Below are positions 1 through 13,100 of a stretch of 64,000 nucleotides of DNA, one piece after another. The DNA is from Scenedesmus sp. PABB004. Taxonomy: Eukaryota. The translations under genes were made by a program, and so were the position numbers. The stretch covers positions 1,054,001 to 1,118,000 of the forward strand of contig JABVCE010000002.1 in the NCBI GenBank assembly GCA_014905635.1, in the 5' to 3' direction. How positions within the stretch are numbered: position 1 is the stretch's first letter; every line of letters begins with the position of its first letter. The notes under the pieces were generated by a model, which was not told the DNA's origin, did no database searches, and worked only from the letters and a program-made list of their open reading frames with translations.

Positions 1-3000
1 AGCACCGCGGCGCAGGTGCGGCGCGCGGGCGCTCCCAGCAGCCTGCGGCGGGGGGGGGGGCGCTGAGGGGTGCAGCAGGTGGTGAGCTCCTCTCGCCCGC
101 GCTCTGGCTCAGCCGCCGCCGCCGCCGCCGCCGCCGCCGGTCCAGGTCGAGGTCATGCAGCGCGAGCTGCAAGGCCTGCAGCCGGTGCTCGCGGCGACCG
201 CGGCCGAGGTGGAGGGCATGATGGCCACCATCGCGGCGGACAAGGCGGAGGCGGCCGAGACGAAGCGCGCCGTCACGCAGCAGGAGGCCGACGCGAGCGA
301 GCAGGCCGCGGCGGCCAAGGCCATCGCGGCCGACGCGCAGCGCGACCTCGACGCCGCGCTGCCCGCGCTCGACGCGGCGGTGGCGAGCCTGAAGAACTTG
401 AGCCGCAACGACGTCGTCGAGGTGCGCAGCCTGCAGAACCCGCCCGGCGGCGTCAAGCTGGTCATGGAGGCGGCCTGCATCCTGCTGGACGAGAAGCCCA
501 AGATGCGGGACGACCCCGCCAAGATGGGTGCGCGCGCGGGCCGCGCGCGCGCGCGCCGGCGTGGGGCGGGGGCGGCGCGGGGCGGGAGGGGCGCCGCAGC
601 GCTGGCGGCGGCAGCGGCGGCCCGCCAGCTCGCGCACCCCGCGTGCCCGCGTGCCCGCATGCCCGCAGGCAAAAAGGTGCCCGACTACTGGGACGCCAGC
701 AAGCGGCTGCTGAGGTGCGCGGCGCGCGGCGCGGGCCGCGCCGCCGCCCCGGCCGCGACCGCGCGCGGCGCCGAACCGCGCCGAAACGCGCCCCGCGCCG
801 CGCTGCGCTGCTCCGCGTCGCAGCGACGCGACCAAGTTCCTGGACTCGCTGCTGACCTTTGACAAGGACAACATCCCCGAGGCCATCATCCGGCGCATCG
901 AGCCCTTCATGGCCTCCGAAGAGTTCACGCCCGAGGCGGTCGCCAAGGTCTCCAAGGCCTGCACCAGCATCTGCATGTGCGCCGCTGCGCCGCGCCGCGC
1001 CGCGCCGCGCCGCTGCGCCCCCGTGCGGGCCCCGTCGCCGACCCCGCCTGCCGCCCCGGCCGCCTCCCTGGCCCCTGCAGGTGGGTGCGGGCGATGCACC
1101 TTTACCACACCGTCGCGCTCGGGGTGAGCGGCGGCGGACGAGGGACTTGGGCTCTCCGGCTGGCGTGCGCGCAGGTGCAGCGCAGCGTAGCGCGACGGCT
1201 GGGCGCTGACGCTGCCGCCCGCCCCGCGCCGCGCAGGTCGCGCCCAAGCGCGCGGCGCTGGCGGCGGCGCAGGAGGCGCTGGACGCGACGCTCGCGGAGC
1301 TCGCGGCGGCGCAGGCGCGCCTCGCGGCGGTGCAGGAGCGCATCGCGGTGCTGGAGGCGCAGTTTGAGGAGGCCACCGCCAAGAAGGCGGCGCTCGCGGC
1401 CCAGGTGCGGGCGGCGGCACGCCATCTGTAGTCCGTCGGGGCTAGCACACCGCCGCCGGCTGACCGCGCCCGTGCCGCGCTGTGCGGCCGCGCGGCGTCG
1501 CAGGTCGCGGACTGCCAGGTGAAGCTGCAGCGCGCCGACAAGCTCATCGGTGGCCTGGGCGGCGAGCGCAGCCGCTGGGCGGCCACGGTCCAGCAGCTGC
1601 AGGCCGACATGGACAACCTGGTTGGCGACGTGGTGCTGGCCGCAGGTGCCGCGCCGCGCGACAGCCGCGGCGCGGCGTGGCTTGCCTGTGCGGGCGGCGT
1701 GCCCCGCCGCTGTGCGCGCCACCCCTGCCGCCAACCTGGCCGCCCCGCCGCCGGCCAGGCGCGATCGCCTACTCCGGGCCCTTTGTGCCCAGCTACCGCG
1801 CGGCGCTGCTGGCCGACTGGACGGCCAAGCTCACAGACGTGGGCCTGCCGTTCAGCCCGCACGCGGGCCTCGCCAAGACGCTGGCCGACCCCGTGCAGGT
1901 GCGGCGGCGCCGGGCAGCGCCGGGTGCAGCCGCGTGGTGTGCGTCGGCGCCCACGCGAGCACCCTGAGCGCGCGCTCACGCTAGCGTGAGCCGCCGCCGC
2001 CGCCACACGGACTCACCGCGCGCGCGCGCGGCCGCGGCGCAGGTCCGCGCGTGGACGCTGGCGGGGCTGCCGAGCGACAGCGTGAGCGTTGAGAATGCGA
2101 TCATCGTCAGCAGGGCGTGGCGCTGGCCGCTCATGGTGGACCCGCAGGGCCAGGCCAACCGCTGGGTGCGGGCGATGGAGCGCGGCGCGGGGCTGGAGGT
2201 GGTCAGGACCAGCAACAAGGACTTCCTGCGCACGCTGGAGAACGGGATTCGCTTCGGCCGCCCCGTGCGTGCGCGCGGCCGGCGGCGGCCGGCAGCCGGC
2301 GCGCTGGGCTGACCGCCGCCGGGCGCGCCCGGCTGACCGCGCGCGGCGCGCTCGGTCCGCGCCCACGGCGCGCAGGTGCTGCTGGAGGACCTGGGCGAGG
2401 GCGCGCTCGACGCGGCGCTGGAGCCGCTGCTGCTGCGCGCGACGTTCAAGCAGGGCGGCGGCGAGGTCATCCGCCTCGGCGACAGCGTCGTGCCCTACCA
2501 CGCAGACTTCAAGTGCGCCGGCCCCCGGCGCTGCACGCCGGGCAGCCGCAGACGCAGCGACCGCACGCGCCGTCGGCGCTCGCGTGACACCGCGCGCAAC
2601 ACGCCCGCGCCAGGTTTTACATGACCACCAAGCTGCCCAACCCGCACTACCCGCCCGAGGTGTCGGTCAAGGTCTCCCTGCTCAACTTCTTCGTCACGCC
2701 GGAGGGCCTGGAGGACCAGCTGCTCGGCGCCGTGGTCACGCAGGCGCGCGCGCGGCGGACGGGGCGCTGCAGCTGGGCGCAGCGGCGGCGGGGCACCGCA
2801 GCCATGCCCCGGCCGCGCCGGCCGCGCGCCGCCGCCTGCCCCCGTCAACGCCCGCCGCCGGCGCGGCGGCCGCGGCCGCGCAGGAGCGGCCCGACCTGGC
2901 CAGCCTCAAGAGCGCGCTGGTGGTGAGCAACGCCAAGATGAAGGCCGAGCTCGCCGCCCTGGAGGGCCGCATCCTCGGCCTGCTCTCGGCGAGCAGTGGC

Positions 3001-6000
3001 AACATCCTGGACGACGAGGAGCTCATCGCCACGCTGGCCCAGGCCAAGGTGCAGGGCGGCGCTCAGGGCGCGGGGCGAGCGCGGGACGGCGGGCGGCGTG
3101 CGGCGCGACGGCGCCCGGGCTGGCGCTCACGCCGCTGCCCCGCCCCCATCGGCCCCCGCCGCCGCCGCGCGCCGCTGCGCAGGTGACGTCGAACGAGGTG
3201 TCGGCGCGCGTCGCGCAGGCCGAGGCGACGGAGCGGGAGATTGACTGCGCGCGCGAGGCGTACCGCCCCGTTGCTGAGCGCGCGAGCCTGCTCTTCTTTG
3301 CCATCTCTGAGCTGGCCGGCGTGGAGCCGATGTACGCGTACAGCCTCGGCTGGTTCCTGGGCCTCTTTGCGCGCGCCATCGACGACGCGCCCAAGGTGCA
3401 GCGCCCGGCGGCCGGCGGCGCGCTGTGGCTGGAGCCGCGCCGGCAGGGGGAGCGCGCGCCCTGCCCCTCACGGCGCGCCCGCCCTCGCGCGCGCGCGCGC
3501 AGGCGGCGAGCGTGGCCGAGCGCGGCGAGCTGCTCAACGCGCACTTCACGTACAGCCTCTACGTCAACGTCTGCCGCAGCCTCTTTGAGCGCCATAAGCT
3601 GCTGCTCAGCTTCATGCTCGCCACGCGCGTCCAGCAGCACGCGGGCGCGATCGACCCCGCCGAGTGGCGCTTCCTGCTCGCCGGCCCCGGCGCCGCGAGC
3701 GCCGACGACGGCGACGCGGCGGGCGCCGCGCGGGGCGCGGCGGCGCCGCCGCCCAACCCCGCGCCCGCCTGGCTGACCGACAAGGCCTGGGCCGAGCTGC
3801 TGGGCCTCAGCGCGCTGCCTGCGTTTGCGGGGCTGGCGGCGCACGTCGCGGCGGAGCTGCCGCACTATCGGGCCATCTTCGACTCCAGCCAGGCGTGCCA
3901 CGGCGGCGCGGCGGCGGGCGCCGCCGCCCGCCCGCCCGCCCGCCCGCCGCGACGCCCCTCGCCCGCTGCCCGCTCGATCGCCCACCCGCCCCCGCCGGGC
4001 CGCCCGCCCGCCCCCGCCGCAGGCGCACGCGCTGCCGCTGGCGGAGCCTTTTGAGGGCCGCCTCAGCCGCTTCCAGCGCCTGCTCCTGCTGCGCTGCCTG
4101 CGCCCCGACCGCGTGCTGTCGGGCGTGCAGGAGTTTGTGGCGGCGGAGCTGGGGCCGCGCTTTGTCGAGCCGCCGCCCTTTGACCTCGCTGCGTGCTTCA
4201 AGGAGAGCTCCGCCACAACGCCGCTCGTGTTTGTGCTCTCCCCAGGTGCGCGGCGCCTCGGGGCCCCGGCGGCATGCCCCCCCCCCCCGCAGGCTGGCTG
4301 TCAGCTGCCGGCCAGCCCCGGGAGCTGGACGCCCGGCGCTGGAGCCCACCTGCCCCGCCCCGCCCCGCCCCGCGCGCGCAGGCGCCGACCCCATGGCTGA
4401 CCTGCTCAAGCTTGCGGAGCAGCTCAAGTTCAGCCGCAAGTTCGAGAAGGTCTCCCTCGGCCAGGGCCAGGGCCCCCACGCGGAGCGCCTGCTGGAGCTC
4501 GGCATGGAGCGCGGGCTGTGGGTCTGCCTCCAGAACTGCCACCTCGCCGTGAGCTGGCTGCCCACGCTCGAGCGCATCGTGGAGGGCATGGCGCCCGAGC
4601 GCGTGCACAAGGACTTCAGGCTCTGGCTCACCTCCATGCCCAGCCCCGCCTTCCCCGCGAGCATCCTGCAAAACGGCGTCAAGATGACGCTCGAGCCGCC
4701 CGCGGGGCTCAAGGCCAACCTGCTGCGCCAGTACAACCGGTGCGTGCTGTGCGCTGCGTGCTGCGCGCTGCGCGTGCGGTGCTGTGCGCCGCGCTGCAGC
4801 GGCGGCGGCTGAACCGCCCGCCGCGGGGCGCTGCCCAGGTTCACGGAGCAGTACCTGGCGACCAGCAGCAAGCCGCGCGAGTGGCGGCGCCTCGTGTACG
4901 GGCTGTGCCTCTTCCACGCGGTCGTGCAGGACCGCCGCAAGTTTGGGCCGCTCGGCTGGAACATCCGGTGGGGCGCTGGCGCGCGGCGCGCGGCGCGGCG
5001 CGCGGCGCGGCGACGGCGCGGCGACGGCGCGGCGACGGCGCGGCGACGGCGCAGCTGGCACGGCTGGGGGGCGCTGATCCCGCTGCCCACCGCGGCGCAG
5101 GTACGACTTCACCGACGGCGACCTCTCTGTCAGCCTGGCGCAACTGCACGAGTACCTTGACGCCTACGAGGCGCCGCCCTTCAAGTGCGCCCTCGCCAAG
5201 CGCGGCCGCGCCCGTGCTCGCCAATTGCAGAGCGCGGGCCGCCTCGCTTTCAGCGCCCTTAAATCGCCGCCGCCGCCCGTGCGGCGCGGCGCCGCCGCCG
5301 CAGGGTGCTGCAGTTCCTGATCACCGAGATCAACTACGGCGGCCGCGTGACCGACGACAAGGACCGCCGGCTCATGGCCAGCCTCGTCACGGCGTTCTGC
5401 GCCCCGCCCGCGCTCGAGGAGGGCCATGCGTTCAGCCCGAGCGCCACCTACGTCGTGCCCGGCTGCGAGACGGTCGCGCAGGTGCGGGCGCGGCGAGGGG
5501 CCCGAGGCCACGCCGTCGCCGCCGCTGGCGCCGCGCCGCTCGCCCACGCGCCCGCCGGCCGCGCCGCGCGACGCCCCGCGCCGCGCAGTTCACCGAGGTC
5601 ATCCGCGGCCTGCCGCTGCTGCCGGCGCCCGAGATCTACGGCCTGCATGACAACGCCGACATCACCTACCAGCAGGCCGAGGCGTACGAGCTGCTCGGCA
5701 GCCTGCTCGGCCTGCAGCCGCGCACGTCCGGCGGCGGTGGCGGGCGCAGCCAGGAGGACGTGGTCCGCCGCGTGGCGGCCGACATTCTCGCCAAGGCGCG
5801 CGGCACCGGACGCGGGCGCGCGGCGGGCGCGGCGGGGCGGGGGCGCTGCTGGCCGGCGCGCGGCGGGCTGACCGGACCGCCGCCGCCGCCCACCGGCGCC
5901 GCTGCCATTCCCTCGCCCAGCTGCCGGCGCCGCTCGACTGCGAGGCCATCGCGGCGGCGCACCCGCCGTGCTACGGGCAGAGCATGAACGGCGTGCTCGG

Positions 6001-7060
6001 CCAGGAGGCGGCGCGCTACAACGTGCTGCTGCGCGCCGTCGGGGGCAGCCTGCGCGCCACGCTGCAGGCGCTGCGGGGGCTGACCGTCATGGGGCCCGAC
6101 CTGGAGCGCGTTGCCGACGCGCTCTTCGACAACCAGGTGCGCCCCCGCCTGGCCGGCCAGCGCCAGCGCGCGGCGGACGCCGCGCCGCGCGCGTGCCACC
6201 GAGCGCGCTCCCCCCCCCCCCCCCTCCCCCGCCGCGCATGCAGGTGCCCGAGGCGTGGGCGGCGCTCGCGTACCCCTCGCTCAAGGGCTTGTCGAGCTGG
6301 GTCGCCGACCTGGCCGACCGCGTGGCCTTCATAGCCACCTGGGCGCGCGACGGCCCGCCGCCGGTCTTCTGGATCAGCGGCCTCTTCTTCCCCCAGGCAA
6401 GGCCGGGGCCTGGGCGCCGCCAGGCTGCGCCGCGCGCAGCTTTTCTGACGCGCGGCGCGCCCGCCCGCGCGCTGCCAGGCCTTCCTGACGGGCACGCTGC
6501 AGAACTATGCGCGCAAGCACGGCTGCGCGATCGACACCGTGAGCTTTGGCTTCGAGGTGCGCTACGGCCTGGACGCGCCCGGCGCCGCGCCGGTCGACGC
6601 GGGCCCGCCCGACGGCTGCTACGTGCGGGGCCTCTTCCTCGAGGGCGCGCGCTGGGACGCCGAGGCGCACGCGCTGGGTGAGCGCGGGCGCGCAACGCGG
6701 GCGGCGCGCCCGCCGGCCGGCGCCTTGCGCCCTAGCCGCCCGCGCGCACGCTCAGCCGGCGCAGCAGCACGCACCCCGCTCACCCCGCTCACCCCGCGCC
6801 CGGCCCCGGTCGCAGCCGAGAGCCGGCCCAAGGAGCTCTTCACGGAGCTGCCGACCGTGGCGCTGGTGCCCGCGCAGCACCGGCGCGCGGCGCGCGGCGT
6901 GTACGAGTGCCCGCTGTACAAGACGCTGTGCCGCGCGGGCACGCTGTCAACGACGGGGCACAGCACCAACTACGTGATGATGCTGGAGCTGCCGTCGGCC
7001 GCGCCGCCGGAGCACTGGGTCAACCGCGGCGTCGCGCTCTTCGCGGCGCTCGCGTTCTGA
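1..7060 (+). CDS. Axonemal inner-arm dynein heavy chain (DNAH1/DHC2-like), 5'-truncated, about 22 introns; covers stalk/MTBD, AAA5, AAA6 and C-terminal domain
   Basis: Spliced exons give dynein motifs: [15 protein letters not shown]...[119 protein letters not shown]. Stop TGA at 7058-7060. [20 protein letters not shown] resembles the DNAH1 subfamily. Confidence 0.95.
5006..5052. repeat. 11-bp tandem repeat (gcggcgacggc) x4 in a dynein intron
   Basis: Directly visible in the sequence. Confidence 0.8.
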
Positions 7061-7182
7061 GCGCGCGGATCGGCCGGCCGGGGCGGCGGCGCGGGGGCCG
7101 GACGGGGCGCAGAGAGGTGACACCTCGCCGGAGCCGGCACCGCCCCACCACGCGCGCGCAGCCGCCGCCCGCGCGCTGAATC

Positions 7183-8639
7183 CTAGGGTTTGGGGTAGAG
7201 CAGGTCGTAGTGCCCGGGGCGGTACAGCAGGTGCACGACCGGCGGCCCCAGCGCGGCCTGCGCCTCGGCGCTGAGCGTCTCGGGGCGCATGTCCACCGTG
7301 AGCGCGGCCGCCGCGTCGGCGCCGCCGTAGGGGCTGCTGTCGATCTGCACGATGCGGATCGGGACCTGCCCGCCGCAGGCGCAGGGCGGGGCGCAGGGCG
7401 GGGCGGGCGGCGCGCGCGGGCGTCAGCCGTGCCGCGGAGCGGGCGCGGGGCCCGCCTGGGGCGCCGCGTGCCCCCGGCAGCCCCGCGCCGGCGCCACACC
7501 TCCACGGCGTCTGTGAGCGCCTGCGCGTGTATGTGGTCGCTCTCCTCGCCCATCACGTCCACGCTGCGCTCACAAAACGTGGCCACGTCCATCTCATACT
7601 GCCCCTGCGGCGGCGCGACGGCGACTGTCGCCGACACAGACGTCGGCGCCGCGCGCACCGCCCGCGCCGCGGCGCGCGCCGCCCGCCCGCCTGCCCATCG
7701 CCGCGCCGCGCACCAGCACAAACGGCTCAAAGTGCTCCGCGCGGCGCTTGATCTCGGCGCTCGTGATGAAGCGCAGCAGCATGACGCACGTGTTGCTCCA
7801 CGTGTCGTCCCGGAAGTTTGAGAGCAGCTGCTCGGGCGTGATGCCGCCGTCGAGCCCCGTCCCCGAGATGAGGATCGCCTGCACCTGCCCCAGCAGCATG
7901 TCCAGTGGGTCCTCGTACACGATGCCGTCGTAGCCCGCCGCCGACAGCTTGGCCTTCCAGCCAGACAGGCACGCCGCAAACCTGCGCACGCACGTCCGCG
8001 CGCGCGCGGCGCTCGGGCGGCCGCCGCGCGGCGCTGCGTGGCGCGCACACGCACCGCTGCGCGTCTGCCTCGCGCGCGGGCTGGTGCGCGAGGAGCCACT
8101 CCAGGTAGCCGTAGATGAAGGATCGGAAGAAGCAGTTGCCGTCGCCGCGCGTGCGCCGCAGCCCCGCGTACGCCGGCTCGAGGCCGCCGATCTTGGCCAC
8201 AAACACCTGGCTGCCGTTGGCGTACTCTGCGGCGCGGCGCGCGCGGCGGCGCGGGCGCCGGGCGGCGGGCGCGCGCGCGCGCGGGCGGAGGCCGGGTCGG
8301 CGGCGCCGCGGCCGCGCTGGCGGCGGCGCCGCGGCCGCGCTGGCGGCGCGCGGCGGGCGGGGCGGCTGCCGCCGGCGCACCCGCTTTCAGCGCGGCCAGC
8401 GGCTCGACGTCGCCGATGTAGGGTTTGCTGCGCTCCGACTCCCTGCGCGCCGGGCGGGGGCGCGGCGCAGCGGTCGGCCGCGGCACGCTGCCAGGCGGTG
8501 GCTGCAGCAGCGTGCTGCGGCGGCGGCGCAGCAGCAAGCCCTCCGCCACGCGCGACACGCGCCTGATCTGGTCGATGTTGGCGTTCTGCGCCAGGCTCTG
8601 CGCGATGTCCGCGTCGAGCGTCGTGCCCGGCTCCGCCAT
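7183..8639 (-). CDS. OTUB1: Ubiquitin thioesterase otubain (OTUB1-like, peptidase C65)
   Basis: MAEPGTTLDAD... LRRTRGDGNCFFRSF (catalytic Cys), LLRFITSAEIK, MGEESDHIHAQALTDA, VHLLYRPGHYDLLYPKP* (catalytic His). Confidence 0.92.
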
Positions 8640-8930
8640 CGCCGCCGGGCGCCTGGCGGCTGCGTGCGGCCCACGGGAGGACGGCGGGGCGCGATCCCGG
8701 AAAGCTCGGGAGGCTGCGCCGGCGGCTGCGGCGAGCAGGGCGGCGGCGGGCTGCCGTGCGTGCTGCCGCTGCTGCTGCGGGCGCAGACGGCCCCGGCTGG
8801 GCTGGGCTGCGAGCTGGTCGTGCCGCGAGCGTGAGTGCTGGTGGGAAAGGACGGCCGACACTTGGACGTCGGCGGCGCGGTTCACGGCGGCGCCGAGCGT
8901 TTCAGCAAAACGCGCGCAACGACGGCGCGC

Positions 8931-9789
8931 TCAGAGCGCGGTGCTGTCGGTGCAGTCCCACGCCGGGTTGGCCTGCCGCTGCCGCTGCCGCCGGCGCTCC
9001 GCCTCGGCCTCGCGCGCCGCGTCGGCCAGCGCCGCCTCGCTGCTCGGGTCCAGGCAGTCGACGACCGCCTGCGCCGCCTGCGCCGCCGCTGCGCCCGCGC
9101 CGCCAACCTGCTCCAGCTCCAGCAGCACGCCGTCGCAGTCCTTGGGGTGCAGGAAGACCACGGGGTTGCCGTGCGCGCCGATCTTTGGCCGCGGGTCGAG
9201 GCAGCGCACGCGGCCGCCGATGCCGGCCAGGCTCGCCGCCACGTCGCCGACCTCGAGGCACAGGTGGTGCACGCCGCCCGCGGGGTTGCGGCGCAGGAAG
9301 CCCGCGATGGGCGAGTCGGTGCCTAGCGGCGCGAGCAGCTCGAGCTTGGTGTTGGGCAGCTCCACAAACACCACGGTCACGCCGTGCTCCGGCAGCGCCT
9401 GCGGCGGCGACACGCGCGCGCCCAGCACGCCTGCAAAGCGCGCCGCCGCTGCGACGAGGTCGGGCACCGCGATGGCGACGTGGTTGAGCCGCCCCACGGC
9501 CGCGCTGCTCGGCGGCGGCGCGCGTTGCTGCGGCGCCTGCTGCGGCGGCGGCGCAGGTGACTGCTGCTGCAGCGCCGCGCCGCTGGTCCACAGGGCTCGG
9601 GCCAGGGGGGCGCACGCCGGCTGCGCGCGCCGCGGGCGGCGGCGGCGGCGGCGCGCGTGAGGCAGCGGCGCGGTGCCAGCGCTGCGCGCCACCCGTGCGT
9701 GCCGGCCGCGCGCGCATCCGCGCCGTGCGCACCGCTGCGAGCCGGGCCAGCACGCCCGCCAGCACCGGGCCGTGGGCCGCCAGCGCCAT
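8931..9789 (-). CDS. MCEE: Methylmalonyl-CoA epimerase (VOC/glyoxalase fold) with probable mitochondrial presequence
   Basis: GRLNHVAIAVPDL...LPEHGVTVVFVELPNTKLELLAPLG..SPIAGFL..NPAGGVHHLCLEV...KIGAHGNPVVFLHPKDCDGVLLELEQ. The ATG at 9789 (MALAAHGPVLAG..., Arg-rich) plus one intron is inferred. Confidence 0.9.
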
Positions 9790-10105
9790 GCGGAGCCGGG
9801 CGGGCGACAAGGTCTTCGCGGGCGGCGGCGCACAGCCGAACCGGGCGGCAGGCAGGCAGCAGGCGCGCTGAACGGCTGGTTGTACGGGAGCGCAGTTGGC
9901 GTGGGTGTGGGCTGCCTGGCGAGGGCCGCCGGTGCTTGGCGTGCGCCGGCGTCAGAAGCGGTTTGCCGCTGCGCCGCCGCCGCCGGGCGCTTGGGCGCCA
10001 GCCCACGCCGGCGCCAGAGAAACTGCGGATCCGGTGCTGCAGCGACGTGCGTGGGGACCGGGCGGCGTCGCAGGCCGGCAGCGGGGGCCGCGCGCGGGCG
10101 CCGCG

Positions 10106-13100
10106 ATGGCGCCGCCGCGCGGCCGCTGGCGCGGCCTGCTCGTGGGCCTCCTGGCGGTGGCTGCCTACACCAACACGCTCATCGGCGACTTCACGTTCGA
10201 CGACAACTTCGCGGTGGTGCGCCGCCCGCGGCAGCACCGCGCGCTGCCGCTGCTGGCTCGCGCGTGCGCGCCGCGCCGAGCGGCCGCCGCCGGCCGGCCC
10301 CCGCAGATCAGCAACGGCGACGTCACCAGCGACGCCAACCCGGTGGCGGGGCTGTTCCGGCACGACTTTTGGTGCGGCGGCGGCGCGCGCCGCTGCCGCC
10401 GCCGTCGCAGCGCGGCACCCGCCCGCCGCCCACTCCGCCCGCCGCGCGCCGCCCCCCCCCCAGGGGCCAGGACATCGCGAGCAGCCAGAGCCACAAGTCG
10501 TACCGCCCCGTGACGATCCTGGTCTTCCGCTGGACGCGACAGGCGTGGGGCTGGGCCACCGCGCTGGCGCCGTGGCTCGAGGCCGCGCTGCCGGCGCCGC
10601 CGCCGCTGCCGCAGCAGGCCGCCGCCGCGGCGGCGGCGGACCCGTCTGCGAGCAAGGCGCGGCCGCCGGGGCTGCACCCGTTCCCCTTCCACGTGCTGAG
10701 CGTGGCGCTGCACGCGGCGGCGAGCGTGCTCGTGCTCGTCCTGGCGGACCACCTGTTTGCAAAGCTCGAGCTCGCCACGGGCGCGGCGGGCTGCAGCGCC
10801 AGCAGCGACGGGAGTGTGAACGCGAGCGCGAGCGCGGCGGCGGCGGCCGCCGCGGAGCTGGCGCACGCCCCAGGCGGGCCCGTGGCGCGCTGGCTCATGT
10901 GGCGCTGGCAGCCGCGGCCGTGGCTCGCGCCCGCGACGTGCCGCGGTCGCCAGCAGGCGCTCGTCGCGGCGCTGCTGTTTGCGCTGCACCCCATCCACAC
11001 CGAGGTGCGGCCGCGCCGCGGGCCTGGCGCCGCTCCGTGGGGGCCTGGCGCCGGCTGCCGCCGACATCGCCGACCGCCCCGCGGTCGCGCCGCCGCAGGC
11101 GGTCGCCGGCGTCGTGGGCTGCGCGGAGCTCATCTGCGCGGTGTGCTCGCTGCCGGCGCTGCTGCTGTACGCGATGGCAGTCGATGGGCGCCACGCGGCG
11201 GCCGCGCTGCTGCAGGCGCAGCGGGCGGCGGACTCGCAGGCGGCGGACCCGCACGGCGCCGCGGGCGGCAGCAGCGCGGGCGGCGCCGGCAGCAACAAGG
11301 CCGCGGCCGCGGGCGGCGGCGCCCGGCCGCGTCCGGCGCGCGGCCCGCAGGCGCCGCCGGCGGCCAGCGGCGGCGACGCGCGGCGCCCCGCAGGCGCCGC
11401 CGCGTGCGCGGCGCTGGCGCGCGCAGAGGCGCTGCAGCACTGGGCCCTCGTCGCCGCCGCGGCCGGCCTCGCGCTGGTTGCGGCGCTGAGCAAGGAGATC
11501 GGCATCACCATCACGGGCACCATGGTCGCATACGACCTGCTCCTCGCGCCCCACATGGCCGCGCACGGGGCTGCCAGCGGCGGCGGCGACCTGGGCGCGT
11601 GCCGGCGCCAGGCGGCGCGCGTGGCGGCACTCGCGGGCGTCACGCTGGGCTACGTGCGCCTGCGGCAGTGGGTCGCGGTGCAGCAGCTGGTCGCGATCTA
11701 CCGCAAGGTCCGGCGGCGGCGGCGCTGGCGGCGCGGCTGGGCGCGCCGGCGGGGGCGGCAGCTGCACACCCGTCCGACCGCCGCTCCCGCCCGCGCCCTG
11801 CCCCCTCTCGTCTCCGCCGGCAGGTCGAGAACCCCATCCCTTTTGCCGGCAGCGCCGCCACGCGCCTGCTGAGCACCGCGCACCTGCACGCGCGCTACGC
11901 GGGCCTGCTGCTCGCGCCGGTGCACATGAGCGCCGACTGGTCATTCCACTGCATCCCCCTCGTCACGCGCCTGGGCGACCCGCGCAACCTCGCCGCCGCC
12001 GCGCTCTACACCTACCTGGCCGCCCTCGTGCTCGCGGCCGACCCGCCCGCGCTCGCGCGCCAGCTCGCCGGCGCCGCGCGCGCGGCGCTGCCGGGGCGCG
12101 CCGCGCCGGCGCCGCCCGCGGGGCCGGCCGCCGCGGCGCGGGCGGCCGCCGGCGCGCCGGCGGACGGCGCGCCGGCACGCCGCGTCGCCGCCGCGCGCTG
12201 GCGGCTCGCGGTCGCGACTGGGCTGGTGGTCGGGCCCTTCCTGCCCGCCAGCAACGTGCTGTTCTACGTCGGCACCTTCATCGGCGAGCGCCTGCTCTAC
12301 ACGCCCTCCATCGGCGCAGCGCTGCTCGCCGCCGAGGCGGTCGGCGCCGCGCTGCCGGACGGCGGCGGCGGCGGCAGCGGTGATGGCGGCGACAGCAGCG
12401 ACAGCGGCGGCGGCGCCGCCGCGCCGCGCGCCGCGCCGGGCGGGCGGGCGCGCCGCGCGCGCGGCGTCGTGGCGTGGCTGTGCATCGCGCTCGTGCTGGC
12501 GGCCTTTGGCGCGCGCACGCTGCGCCGCAACGCTGACTGGTGGGACGAGGAGCGGCTCTTCCTGGCCGCGCTGCGCGTCTGCCCCGACTCGGCCAAGGTG
12601 CAGCAGAACTGCGGCGTCCTGCAGCGGCGCTACCAGAACTTCAGCGCCGCGCTGAGCCACTTCAGGTGCGGGGGGTGTCCGGCGCGCGGCCTCTCTCTCT
12701 CTCTCTCGCGCGCGCGCCGGACGCCTCGCGCGCGCGCCTGGACACCGCGCCGCGCCGGCGCCGCTGCGCTGCAGGCGCGCGCAGGAGATTGAGCCGGGGT
12801 ACTGCGAGCCGACGTACTGGATCGGGCTGACGACCATCAACACGGGCGACCTGCGCGGCGGGCTGGCGGGCATGCGGGACAGCCTGTCCTGCAAGTACAC
12901 CGCGGCCGAGGCGCTGGCGGGGCTGAACAAAATCTACCTCATGCTGCACGGCGCTGCGCCGACAGACCCGGGCCCCCTCATCGTGCGGCGCGCGCGCGTG
13001 CGGGGGGCCGGGGCCGGGCGGCGCCGCAGGGCACCGCCCCAGGGGCCTGCAGGCGCCCGCGCGCGCGCAGCGCGCCGCCCGGCGCAGGGCGCGACCGCGC

